The position numbers and the translations under genes were made by a program. A stretch of DNA of 64,000 bases from an uncultured bacterium (GTDB taxonomy: Bacteria; Fidelibacterota; Marinisomatia; Marinisomatales; UBA1611). The number at the start of each line of letters is the position of its first letter. The stretch's first letter is position 1. This document shows positions 9,980 to 19,576 of the stretch, piece by piece. The stretch spans positions 192,001 through 256,000 of the forward strand of contig CALSPG010000007.1 of assembly GCA_943788175.1 (NCBI GenBank), written 5' to 3'. The notes under the pieces are model-generated. The model had not been told where the DNA came from. It worked only from the letters and a program-made list of their open reading frames with translations, and searched no databases.

Positions 9980-11092
9980 ATGATGACAAACGATGTTTTA
10001 AGAGCTCAGTCAGCAATTTGGAATAAATTATTAAATATATCAGTTTCAAATAAAGTTGGGAGTGCATATTTATTCACTGGGCCAATTGGCTCAGGAAAAG
10101 AGAATCTCGCTCTAAAGTTTTCACAATTAATCAATTGTGAAAATTCTATAAAAGAAATATGTAATAAATGTAGCTCTTGTATAAAATTTAGAACATTACA
10201 GCATGAACGATTAAATATTATTGTTCCATTGCCAACTCCGAAAAGTGCCAGTAGTGAAGGAATACTTCCAAAGGAGTATTTTGAATCTATAATCGTAAAA
10301 TCGGAGGACCCCTTTTATAAGATAGCAATTCCTAAGGCGAATAGAATTTTGATTCAATCAATTAGAGATTTGAAGAAAAAACTTTATTTTAAATATGAAA
10401 AAGATAGTGGCAGAAATGTTGTAGTTATTTTTGATTGTGAATTATTATGCTCTGGACAAGGTGAATCAGGGAATGCTTTATTAAAGTTATTAGAAGAACC
10501 TCCAGATAGTACTACAATTATTTTAGTGACTGATCATAAAAAAATGCTATTTGAGACAATTATTTCAAGATGCCAAACTATCGATATCCCTACCTTATCA
10601 GATAAATATATTTATGACTGGCTAATTGCAAATGATAAAAGTAAGCCAGACGCTGAGTTTTTCGTGACAATTTGCCGCGGTAATATTCATCGTGCGCGCA
10701 CACTTTCCAAACAGCCAGTAGACAAATTAATTAATCAAATTGAAAAATTAACAACAACCGTAGTTAGTAAAGACTCTGAAAAATGGCGAAACTTTACATC
10801 TCATTATTCTCGTCTTTTTGTCACAAATCCTCTAGATTTTAATCATCATTTAAATCTCATTATAATATGGATGCGTGGAGCGAATAAATTAAAACAAGGA
10901 TTAAGCAGTGGTTTTGAAAATACCGGTCTGCACTCAAGAATGATTTCATTTAATAAAAAATTTCCTAAAGCAAATATTTTCGAGGTTATTTTATGTATCG
11001 AAGATGTAAAAAAACATGCACGTCAAAATTTATATATGCCACTAATTTTATTAAACATGATGTTGGATATTCAAAAATTTGTCTATGAATGA
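9980..11092 (+). CDS. holB: DNA polymerase III subunit delta'
   Basis: AYLFTGPIGSGKE, zinc module C..CNKCSSC, NALLKLLEEPP, TIISRCQ; upstream of metG-tatD-rsmA. Confidence 0.85.
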   Translation: MMTNDVLRAQSAIWNKLLNISVSNKVGSAYLFTGPIGSGKENLALKFSQLINCENSIKEICNKCSSCIKFRTLQHERLNIIVPLPTPKSASSEGILPKEYFESIIVKSEDPFYKIAIPKANRILIQSIRDLKKKLYFKYEKDSGRNVVVIFDCELLCSGQGESGNALLKLLEEPPDSTTIILVTDHKKMLFETIISRCQTIDIPTLSDKYIYDWLIANDKSKPDAEFFVTICRGNIHRARTLSKQPVDKLINQIEKLTTTVVSKDSEKWRNFTSHYSRLFVTNPLDFNHHLNLIIIWMRGANKLKQGLSSGFENTGLHSRMISFNKKFPKANIFEVILCIEDVKKHARQNLYMPLILLNMMLDIQKFVYE

Positions 11093-12599
11093 ACAATTTT
11101 ATATAACAACTCCAATATACTATGTAAATGATATTCCGCATATTGGTCACGCTTATACAACCATCCTTGCTGATGTTTTAAACAGATATCAAAAACAAGT
11201 TGGGAATGATTCTTTTTTTCTAACTGGCTTAGATGAGCATGGCCAAAAAGTTCAGGATGCTGCCAAGCTAAGAGGTATCGACCCTATTGATCATTGTAAT
11301 GAAATGACAAAAAGATTTACCTCGCTTTGGGATAAGCTGCATATATCCAATAATGATTTTATCAGAACGACTGAAAAAAGGCATAAGAAAGTAGTAGGGG
11401 AAATATTAAACATAGTAAATGATGCAGGTGATATTTATGTAGATGAATATGAAGGTCTCTATTCTATATCTGAGGAGAGGTTCATTACTGAAAAAGAAGC
11501 AGAGAGCGGACAATTTCGTGATATTAAAAAATTAAAAGAAAAAAATTACTTTTTTAAAATGAGTAAATATCAGAATGCACTTATCAACCATATAAACACT
11601 AATCCCGAATTTATAAAACCTGAACATAGAAAAAACGAAATACTGGGCTTCCTTCAACAGCCTCTCAATGACCTCTGTATATCAAGACCTAAGTCAAGGC
11701 TTAATTGGGGGATCGATTTACCTTTTGATAAAGACTACGTCACCTATGTTTGGTTTGATGCCTTAATAAATTATATTACGGCAGCTGGATATAATCAAAA
11801 TGATGAAATTTTTGAAAAACGCTGGCCCGCTGACATGCATTTGATAGGAAAAGACATATTAACTACTCATGCAGTGTATTGGCCAACAATTTTAATGTCA
11901 GCTGGTATTGAGCTTCCAAAAACCATTTTTGCGCATGGATGGTGGTTAATGAGAGATGAAAAAATGAGTAAGTCGACAGGAAATGTTGTAGACCCAATGG
12001 ATTTAATTAAAGGTTATGGGGTTGATCCTGTTCGGTACTATTTGATGAGAGAAATGGTTTTAGGCCAGGATGCAAGTTTTACCTCAGAATCATTTATAAA
12101 TAGGTATAACAGTGACTTAGCAAATGACTTTGGGAATTTGTTAAGTCGTATATCAACGTTGATAAATAAAAACTATGAAGGTGTCATGCCAGGAGCAGCA
12201 GAGTTGTCATCAGAAGAATTAAAAATCATTAAGTTTTCATCTAGTGTTGTAAAAAACTTTGATAGTTTGATGGCGAAAATGGCAATTAATGATGCGATAG
12301 AAGAGGCTCTTCAATTTGTTCGTAAAATAAATAAATACTTTGAGCATAGTACTCCTTGGAAAGCAGTTAAGGAAGACAAAATCCTAGCAGGAACAATCCT
12401 TTATACTGGAGCGGAATCTCTAAGAATTGTATCTGTTTTATTATCTCCGATAATGCCTGAGAGGACAAAAGAGTTACTTGCTGTTTTAAATACTGGTAAC
12501 TCTGATAGGTCTTGGGGTGGGCTAAAACCTGGGAAAAAACTAGGAAAACTAAGACCGTTATTCCCAAGAATAGTGGCAGACACAAACAATGTTAATTGA
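11085..12599 (+). CDS. metG: Methionine--tRNA ligase (short form without C-terminal tRNA-binding domain)
   Basis: FYITTPIYYVN, HIGH, TGLDEHGQK, YVWFDAL, KMSKS; ATG at 11085 preferred to the track's TTG at 11079. Confidence 0.95.
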   Translation: MNEQFYITTPIYYVNDIPHIGHAYTTILADVLNRYQKQVGNDSFFLTGLDEHGQKVQDAAKLRGIDPIDHCNEMTKRFTSLWDKLHISNNDFIRTTEKRHKKVVGEILNIVNDAGDIYVDEYEGLYSISEERFITEKEAESGQFRDIKKLKEKNYFFKMSKYQNALINHINTNPEFIKPEHRKNEILGFLQQPLNDLCISRPKSRLNWGIDLPFDKDYVTYVWFDALINYITAAGYNQNDEIFEKRWPADMHLIGKDILTTHAVYWPTILMSAGIELPKTIFAHGWWLMRDEKMSKSTGNVVDPMDLIKGYGVDPVRYYLMREMVLGQDASFTSESFINRYNSDLANDFGNLLSRISTLINKNYEGVMPGAAELSSEELKIIKFSSSVVKNFDSLMAKMAINDAIEEALQFVRKINKYFEHSTPWKAVKEDKILAGTILYTGAESLRIVSVLLSPIMPERTKELLAVLNTGNSDRSWGGLKPGKKLGKLRPLFPRIVADTNNVN

Positions 12600-13347
12600 T
12601 ACACATTGTCACCTTTTTTTTGACGAACTAAAAGAAGATTTAAGCAGTGTATTAAAAAGAGCGGCTGATTTAGGGGTAACAAAATTTATATGTGTTGGAA
12701 CCAATATTGAAGATTCTAAAGAAAGTTATAATTTAGCTCTTAATTATGAAAACATCTTTTCAACTGCTGGTGTGCATCCACATGATACTGAGGAAGTGGC
12801 AGAAAATTATATCGATGAGCTTTATAATCTATTAAAGAATGAGAAAGTATTAGCCGTCGGTGAGATAGGTTTAGATTATTTCAAAAAGCTATCAGATATC
12901 AGCATTCAAAAAAAAATATTTGCTGAACAGTTGGAGCTCGCTCAAAAAATTAATAAACCAATTGTTTTTCATAATCGAGACTCAGATGATGACATTATTA
13001 ACATATTGTCAGATTTTCCAAATGTTTATGGTGTCGCACATTGTTTTTCCAGCACATATGATGTAGCAAAAAAATTAATAGACATGGGGTTTTACATTTC
13101 ATTCTCTGGTAATTTGACATTTAAAAACAGCCATCTCCCTGATGTTGCAAAACGACTTCCAATTGAGCGTCTTCTAGTTGAAACAGATTCGCCTTTTCTC
13201 AGCCCCGTCCCTTATAGAGGAAAGACTAATGAACCTGGGAGAACTCGATTTGTTGCCGATTTATTAGCAAGGTTACATAATTTGAGTATAAATGAGGTTG
13301 CTCAGATAACAACGACGAATGCAAAAGCTGTTTTTAAGTTTCCCTAA
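12589..13347 (+). CDS. tatD: TatD family deoxyribonuclease
   Basis: DTHCH, GVHPH, GEIGLDY, HCFS, ETDSPFL. Confidence 0.9.
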   Translation: MLIDTHCHLFFDELKEDLSSVLKRAADLGVTKFICVGTNIEDSKESYNLALNYENIFSTAGVHPHDTEEVAENYIDELYNLLKNEKVLAVGEIGLDYFKKLSDISIQKKIFAEQLELAQKINKPIVFHNRDSDDDIINILSDFPNVYGVAHCFSSTYDVAKKLIDMGFYISFSGNLTFKNSHLPDVAKRLPIERLLVETDSPFLSPVPYRGKTNEPGRTRFVADLLARLHNLSINEVAQITTTNAKAVFKFP

Positions 13348-13362
13348 CTTTTTTTTATTTTG

Positions 13363-14127
13363 ATGGAAAAATCAAAACACTCATTTAGAAAGAAGTGGGG
13401 CCAAAACTTTCTAGTTGATCCAAATATTATAAAAAAAATACATCGAACAATAAGACCAGCTAAAATTGATAATATTATTGAAATTGGCCCAGGAGATGGC
13501 GCATTAACCCAAGTCCTTCTCCCAGATGTAAAAGATATGATATCAGTGGAAGTAGATCCATTGCTTATCGATAAATTGTATGATAATAAAAACTTAAGTT
13601 CATTAAAAATTATTCATGATGATATCTTGAAAACTAATATTAATGATTTAGATATTATTAATCCTGTGCGAGTTGTTGGCAATATTCCTTATAATATTAC
13701 TTCACAAATTATTTTTTGGTTAATTGAACAATTAGATTTTTGGGAAGATGCCTTTATTATGGTTCAAAAAGAAGTAGCTCAAAGGCTGGTAGCAAAAGCA
13801 TCTTCAAAAGAGTACGGTAGATTAACAGTAGTCGTTGGCGCTTATCTAGATGTTGAATATTGCTTCTCTATTCCACCAACAGTTTTTATACCTAGGCCAA
13901 AAGTAAATTCAGCATTTATTAGGTTCACAAAGAAAAAAACTGCATTAGTAGAAGATGAAAAATATGTAAAATTTAATAATGTTGTTAGAATGGCTTTTAA
14001 CCAAAGAAGAAAAATGTTGAAAAATTCGCTTAAGGGCTGGGATGTCTCAGAGGTTGTAAAAGAGAAAATTAATTTTTCTAGGAGGCCCGAGACTTTATCT
14101 ATAGAAGAATTTGCAATGTTAGTTTAA
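13363..14127 (+). CDS. rsmA: 16S rRNA m6,6A1518/1519 dimethyltransferase
   Basis: GQNFL, EIGPGDG, GNIPYNIT, MVQKEVAQRL, PKVNSA, FNQRRKML, RRPETLS. Confidence 0.95.
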   Translation: MEKSKHSFRKKWGQNFLVDPNIIKKIHRTIRPAKIDNIIEIGPGDGALTQVLLPDVKDMISVEVDPLLIDKLYDNKNLSSLKIIHDDILKTNINDLDIINPVRVVGNIPYNITSQIIFWLIEQLDFWEDAFIMVQKEVAQRLVAKASSKEYGRLTVVVGAYLDVEYCFSIPPTVFIPRPKVNSAFIRFTKKKTALVEDEKYVKFNNVVRMAFNQRRKMLKNSLKGWDVSEVVKEKINFSRRPETLSIEEFAMLV

Positions 14128-14130
14128 TGC

Positions 14131-14159
14131 TTGATTATATGATTATACACAATTAAGCT
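14131..14159 (+). promoter_or_regulatory. Putative sigma70 promoter for rpsU
   Basis: TTGATT (14131-14136)-N17-TAAGCT (14154-14159) in the rsmA-rpsU gap. Confidence 0.5.
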
Positions 14160-14193
14160 TGCCAGCAAATTTAATATGCCACACTTACACTTT

Positions 14194-14202
14194 AGGAGGT
14201 GA
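14194..14202 (+). promoter_or_regulatory. Extended Shine-Dalgarno sequence of rpsU
   Basis: AGGAGGTGA, 9-nt complement of the canonical 16S 3' end, 5 nt before GTG at 14208. Confidence 0.8.
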
Positions 14203-14207
14203 ATAAA

Positions 14208-14468
14208 GTGGTAGAAATACAAGTTAGAGATAAAGAATCTCTTGAAAGAGCCTTAAGGCGTTTTAAAAAGAAATGGGAAAGAGCGGGAATCCTAAGGGAG
14301 CTTCGTGGAAGAGCATTTTATATAAAACCTAGTGATGAAAAAAGAGAAGCTAGAAAAAAAGCTACTCGCAGAATGGCTAGAAATGCTAGAATTGATGCGT
14401 TGAGGAATAATCCAAGAGGTGCTAGACGTAGAAAAAAGCGCACAACGGATACACGTCGCAGTCGCTAA
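14208..14468 (+). CDS. rpsU: 30S ribosomal protein bS21 with Arg-rich C-terminal extension
   Basis: ESLERALRRFKKK...GILRELRGRAFYIKPS; the track's GTG at 14199 lies inside the SD, so GTG at 14208 is the likely start (86 aa). Confidence 0.9.
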   Translation: MVEIQVRDKESLERALRRFKKKWERAGILRELRGRAFYIKPSDEKREARKKATRRMARNARIDALRNNPRGARRRKKRTTDTRRSR

Positions 14469-14500
14469 ATATAATAACTCATATTAGTTATTAGATTATT

Positions 14501-14529
14501 AAGGGCTCGTTTTTTTGGGCCCTTTTTTT
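14501..14529 (+). terminator. Rho-independent terminator after rpsU
   Basis: Stem AAGGGCTC / GGGCCCTT followed by a T run. Confidence 0.75.
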
Positions 14530-14594
14530 ATGGAAATAGTTAATATTAATTTTCTATCTTTTAAAAATTATAATTTTATTTATAGGAATCAACT

Positions 14595-15938
14595 ATGTTA
14601 ATTCGAAGTATATCTGGAATAAGAGGTCTAGTAGACGAAGACCTAAAGAAAGAAGCAATCACTAAATATGCAAACGCTCTTCACGATTTTATTGACCCGG
14701 GTGTTATTTATGCAGGTAGAGATAGTCGTCCCTCTGGTGAAGAGATTACTGAAATTATGGTTGGTGAATTAATTAAGCTCGGACGGACAGTTATTTATTG
14801 TGGCATTGTCCCTACTCCTACGGTTCAATTTATGGTTCATACCAGCGAGGCAGTAGGTGGGTTTATTATTACTGCTAGCCATAACCCTATTGAGTGGAAT
14901 GGGATAAAGTTTTTAAGAAGTGATAGTACCTTTTTTCATCAAAAAGATTGTGAAGAATTATTTCGTTTAGCTGATAGAGTTTCTTTTTCCAGAAAATATC
15001 CAGAGGAAAAAGGGATGCTATGGGAAGAAAAGAACGCAATTTATAAGCATACTATTAAATGTTCTGAATTAGATTGTATTAATCTAGATGAAATCAGAGA
15101 CAGAAAATTCAAAGTTGTAATTGATGCTGTCAATGGTGCCGGGGCTAATGCGCTTCCTGAAATGTTAAACTTATTAGGTTGTGAAGTAGTGAAGCTGGAT
15201 TGCGAACCGAGTGGTATTTTTAGAAGAGGAACGGAGCCTCTGCCAGATAATTTAGGTGAACTTTCAAAACAAGTATTAGAGAATAACGCTGACATTGGTT
15301 TTGCTGTTGATCCAGATGCAGATAGGTTAGCTGTCGTAGATGAAAAAGGTCGCCCATTAGGAGAAGAGTATACTTTGGTCCTTTCTGTAGATGGCTACAT
15401 TAATACCCTCGGAGTTGAAAGTGACATTTTTGTATCAAATCTTTCTACTTCAATAGCATTAGATAAGCTTGCTTTAAATAATAATTGTAAAGTTGAAAGA
15501 TCTGCAGTTGGTGAGATTAATGTTGTTAATAAAATGAATGAATTAGATTCAAACTTAGGTGGCGAAGGTAATGGTGGTGTCATCTTAAGGGAATGCCATT
15601 TAGGTAGAGATTCGTTAGTAGCAGTGACAATGGTTTTGAACCGAGCGGCTCAGTCTACCTATCCGCTTAGTAAAATATATAATTCACTCCCCCAATTCGA
15701 AATAGTGAAAGATAAAGTAAGTGTCGGCGGTATTAAAAGTGATGACTTTCTATCAAAGGTAAATAATTATTTTAAACAGGGTAAAAAAAATACAATTGAT
15801 GGATTAAAAATTACTTGGGACGAAAAATGGGTTCACTTGAGGGCTTCAAATACCGAGCCTATTATAAGGATATATGCTGAAGCGCCAATAAAAAAAGAAG
15901 CTGAAGAACTTGTCTTGCAAATTAAGAGTTTGATTTAG
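14595..15938 (+). CDS. glmM: Phosphoglucosamine mutase / phosphomannomutase (alpha-D-phosphohexomutase family)
   Basis: SISGIRG, TASHNP (phosphoserine), DPDADR, GGEGNGG, RASNTEP; sugar specificity uncertain. Confidence 0.8.
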   Translation: MLIRSISGIRGLVDEDLKKEAITKYANALHDFIDPGVIYAGRDSRPSGEEITEIMVGELIKLGRTVIYCGIVPTPTVQFMVHTSEAVGGFIITASHNPIEWNGIKFLRSDSTFFHQKDCEELFRLADRVSFSRKYPEEKGMLWEEKNAIYKHTIKCSELDCINLDEIRDRKFKVVIDAVNGAGANALPEMLNLLGCEVVKLDCEPSGIFRRGTEPLPDNLGELSKQVLENNADIGFAVDPDADRLAVVDEKGRPLGEEYTLVLSVDGYINTLGVESDIFVSNLSTSIALDKLALNNNCKVERSAVGEINVVNKMNELDSNLGGEGNGGVILRECHLGRDSLVAVTMVLNRAAQSTYPLSKIYNSLPQFEIVKDKVSVGGIKSDDFLSKVNNYFKQGKKNTIDGLKITWDEKWVHLRASNTEPIIRIYAEAPIKKEAEELVLQIKSLI

Positions 15939-15989
15939 AGTCAAATTTTAGTATTAATTGTATATAGCAAACAAATTAAAGGTTAAAAA

Positions 15990-17396
15990 ATGAATGATTC
16001 AGTATTAATTAAAAAAGGATCAGAGATAGAGCTGAAAGTTGAATCTCTAGCATTTGGTGGTATGGGATTAGCTAAAATAGATGATTTTGTTGTCTTTGTT
16101 AAAAATGGAATTCCAGGTCAACGCGTTAATGCCTTTATTTATAAAAAGAAAAAGGGTTTTGCTGAGGCAAGAGTTACAAAAATCATTGACGAATCTCCAT
16201 ATGTAGCTGAATCAAAGTGTGGCCACTATTGGATTTGTAGCAAGCTTCAGAGCCTTTCTTATGATCAACAGTTGAAAGAGAAAGAGAAACAAGTTGAGGA
16301 TGCCTTTCAGCGTTTGGGTGGGTTTTCAGATTTTAAATTAGATAATATTAGGGGGGCTAAGCAAATCTATAATTACCGGAATAAAATGGAATTTACGTTT
16401 TCTCCTCATCGATGGATTCTTGAATCTGAGCCTGAAGGTGTAGATAGTTCATTTGCTTTAGGTCTGCACATACCGGGTAGGTATGATAAAATTTTAGATG
16501 TTGATGAATGTCATATTCAGCCAGAAATAGGTAATAAAATACTTTCTATTGCTAAAGACGTATGCCTTAACAATCGAGAATTAAAACCATATGACCCAAA
16601 AACAAATGTGGGTTTTCTTAGGTATTTAATGTTGAGGTTTGGAGTCAAAACCGATCAGTTAATGGTTAATATAGTTACTGCATATGATGATATAAATAAA
16701 TTATCCCCATTGATTGATACATTGCTGAAAGATGTCCCAGAAATAACGTCCATGGTTAACAATGTTAATACTCGCAAAGCAGATGTAGCATACGGTGAAT
16801 TCGAAAATTTAATTTATGGTAATCAATATATTGAAGAAAAAATTGGAGAATTAAAATTTGAAATATCTGCCAATTCATTTTTCCAGACTAATTCGTATCA
16901 AGGTGAAGTTCTTTATGAGGAAATTAAAAAAGCAGCCAATCTTAAAGGGGATGAGATTGTTTATGATCTTTATTGTGGAACTGGCAGCATTGCATTATAT
17001 CTAGCACGCCATGTGAAAGAAGTTTATGGATTTGAAGTAATTAGATCTTCTCTTGAGAATGCAGAAAAAAATTCTGTTATCAATAAAATTGATAACGCTC
17101 ACTTTTTAAAGGCGAATCTAGATACTTTTTTTAAGTCTAGGCAGCTACCAAGGAAGGTTCCTAAGCCAGATATTGTTATCGTTGACCCGCCGCGCGCAGG
17201 GATGCATCCAGATATGTCTGGTTATTTACATAAATTAAAAGCTGATAAAATCATTTATGTTTCTTGCAACCCAACAACTCAAGCTAGAGATGTCCAAATA
17301 CTTTCCGATAACGGATATAACATTAAAAACGCAGTCATGGTAGATATGTTCCCACATACCCCACATATTGAGATGGTTATGTTACTTTCGAAGTAA
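15990..17396 (+). CDS. rlmD: 23S rRNA m5U1939 methyltransferase (TRAM domain)
   Basis: N-terminal TRAM, YRNKMEF, SFFQTN, DLYCGTG, VDPPRAG, YVSCNP, DMFPHTPHIE. Confidence 0.9.
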   Translation: MNDSVLIKKGSEIELKVESLAFGGMGLAKIDDFVVFVKNGIPGQRVNAFIYKKKKGFAEARVTKIIDESPYVAESKCGHYWICSKLQSLSYDQQLKEKEKQVEDAFQRLGGFSDFKLDNIRGAKQIYNYRNKMEFTFSPHRWILESEPEGVDSSFALGLHIPGRYDKILDVDECHIQPEIGNKILSIAKDVCLNNRELKPYDPKTNVGFLRYLMLRFGVKTDQLMVNIVTAYDDINKLSPLIDTLLKDVPEITSMVNNVNTRKADVAYGEFENLIYGNQYIEEKIGELKFEISANSFFQTNSYQGEVLYEEIKKAANLKGDEIVYDLYCGTGSIALYLARHVKEVYGFEVIRSSLENAEKNSVINKIDNAHFLKANLDTFFKSRQLPRKVPKPDIVIVDPPRAGMHPDMSGYLHKLKADKIIYVSCNPTTQARDVQILSDNGYNIKNAVMVDMFPHTPHIEMVMLLSK

Positions 17397-18125
17397 GGCT
17401 TTTGAAAATCTAGAATCAGGAATTTTTTTATTAAATTGGATATTATCTATTATCCATTCTGTCCCTTTACTATTTCTTTTTAACTCATCTTTATATACAA
17501 ATTTTGAAGGGAACCATCGCCCTTCTATTTTTTTAATGCCCTCTAATGATGCAGTTTTAAGAAGTTTACCACTCTTTGCATATAGTTCTTCTTTTTTGGG
17601 TAGTAGATATTCTTTATCAACCCAAGACCTTCTTTTTGGATAAGAGAGTCCTTTTACTTTTGCATCTAATATCATAATCCAGTGATCTCTACCATCTAAC
17701 ATAATTGATCCTTCTATAGTTGCGCCATAAAGTTCATCTATTGGGCGGTCTTCCATCATATCATTATATGACATATCAGATCCCATTACTGATTGTCTGA
17801 GCATATGACCAGAAATCTGGATAATTCGGTCAGTTTGAGGAGAATAAGTATACAACTTTTCTCCTATTTTCAACATTTTTGTTCCGGCTTCTCTTGGAGG
17901 GGATAGATATTCCGTGAATGCGAGTTCAGTGCCAACTACCCAATTTTTTGATTCAATTGTTCTATTACTTCGCCTGCCTTTAACAACCATTTTACTGGTT
18001 ATTATCCTAGACTCTGCATTGAGGTTTTGATCCATTGCTTTCATTATATCATCTGCACTCATTTGATCAGATTGAGTGAATAAAAAAGAATAGGAAAGAA
18101 AAAATAAAATCAAACCATTTTTCAT
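17382..18125 (-). CDS. LolA-like 'outer membrane lipoprotein-sorting' periplasmic protein
   Basis: Signal peptide; EYLSPPREAGTKMLK, QSVMGSDMSYNDM, ELYAKSGKLLK, IPDSRFSKALL. Confidence 0.75.
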   Translation of the reverse strand: MKNGLILFFLSYSFLFTQSDQMSADDIMKAMDQNLNAESRIITSKMVVKGRRSNRTIESKNWVVGTELAFTEYLSPPREAGTKMLKIGEKLYTYSPQTDRIIQISGHMLRQSVMGSDMSYNDMMEDRPIDELYGATIEGSIMLDGRDHWIMILDAKVKGLSYPKRRSWVDKEYLLPKKEELYAKSGKLLKTASLEGIKKIEGRWFPSKFVYKDELKRNSKGTEWIIDNIQFNKKIPDSRFSKALLRK

Positions 18126-19576
18126 GCTTCAAGCTCCTTAAATAATTGTGACATTTCACGCTTATAAATAGCAAGACCAGCAAGCATTGTTCCTAGTACT
18201 GTTGCTAAAACGCCAGGGATAAACCCTATATAATACAATTCTGATGTTACTTTAGCATAGAAAACATTAGGTAATACCATTTCACTTGACATTTGATTTA
18301 TAGCCTCTGAATAATCTATGCCAAACTCTTGTACGTAATAAGTAAGAGATACTCCTAAAAGTGTTCCTAATAATGTTCCTACAAATCCAATAAGTACTGC
18401 TTCAATTATCATTGATCGGTATACTTGCCCCTTAGACTCTCCTATTGCAAGGCGAAGCCCAAATTCACCGTAGCGTCGTAAACCATTCATCAATCCCATA
18501 TTCCATAAAACAACCATAACAATAACCAAAAATATTGCTGCCATGACGCTCATCGCTACATTACTAAAATCAACCATACTTGCTAGTTGGCTACTATCTC
18601 TTAGAGCAATCATTTTGGGGGTAAAGATGGCTGGGTCTTCTACAGATAAATCCTCCCACTCATCGATATTGTCATACATCTGATTGTCAGATAATGCATC
18701 CGTTCTTTGTTTTGGTAGCTTTCTTTTTTCAGCGTTACTGATTTTATTCCACCCTGCCATATAAGATAGAGCATTATATGATTCTTCATTGCGAAGCATC
18801 TGTGCGATACTATCGCTATATGTTAAATTAAAATCACTTCGAATTCTTACTGCGTCTTCGTCATCATAATAAAGAGAATTATGGTAGCCAAATATTTCTG
18901 AAGCGGCATCTTCCATATCAAGAGCTTGTCTTGCGCCAGAAATATCAACCAGTATCATTTGCCTATCTGCTTGACCTTTATTCAAATTAAATATTCCTAC
19001 TACATTAAAATTATATGTAGTAAAAGCATTGTCCATCGTAGAACTAATTAGTGTTATTGCACTCCCAATATTGACATTTAGTTGCTCAGCTAATTTTGAG
19101 CTTATTAATGCATCATCTCTACTTTTTAGAAGGTGTCCACTTATCAGATATTTTTCAAGTTCCCATATCTCTACTTGGCGAGATTTTTCTGAAAAAAAAT
19201 CAATTCCGATTCCAAAAACTGGTGCTTGTTCTTTCGTTTCGCCATTTTTATTAGGGACATCTAGTAATCCGCCAAATGTGATTCGAGGACTCCAAAAATA
19301 ATTTGGGTACATATTATAAAGAGTTCGAATTATTTTATCAGTTTCAAATAGTGCAAGATCATTAGGTAGCTGGTTGCTTTCCTTTTCATATGCTTTTGTA
19401 ACCACCTTTACATGACCACTTGAAATAACAGCAGTACTTTGTAGAAAATTATTCATCGCTCCTTCCATAAACCCTATTCCAAATATGACAAGTGTAACAG
19501 TAATAATAATTGCTAATAATGGGAAAAGACTACGAGAACGATCTCTGATTAATCCCTTTGCTAAAAATTTTATCAT
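18122..19576 (-). CDS. ABC transporter permease, LolC/E-FtsX-MacB family, with periplasmic insertion
   Basis: 1+3 TM topology; SGHVKV, large periplasmic domain, RRYGEFGLRLAIGE, EAVLIG. Confidence 0.85.
   Translation of the reverse strand: MIKFLAKGLIRDRSRSLFPLLAIIITVTLVIFGIGFMEGAMNNFLQSTAVISSGHVKVVTKAYEKESNQLPNDLALFETDKIIRTLYNMYPNYFWSPRITFGGLLDVPNKNGETKEQAPVFGIGIDFFSEKSRQVEIWELEKYLISGHLLKSRDDALISSKLAEQLNVNIGSAITLISSTMDNAFTTYNFNVVGIFNLNKGQADRQMILVDISGARQALDMEDAASEIFGYHNSLYYDDEDAVRIRSDFNLTYSDSIAQMLRNEESYNALSYMAGWNKISNAEKRKLPKQRTDALSDNQMYDNIDEWEDLSVEDPAIFTPKMIALRDSSQLASMVDFSNVAMSVMAAIFLVIVMVVLWNMGLMNGLRRYGEFGLRLAIGESKGQVYRSMIIEAVLIGFVGTLLGTLLGVSLTYYVQEFGIDYSEAINQMSSEMVLPNVFYAKVTSELYYIGFIPGVLATVLGTMLAGLAIYKREMSQLFKELEA

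Noticed and set aside
14199-14207. ORF-track GTG start for rpsU
   Set aside because: It lies inside the SD (AGGAGGTGA); GTG at 14208 has proper spacing
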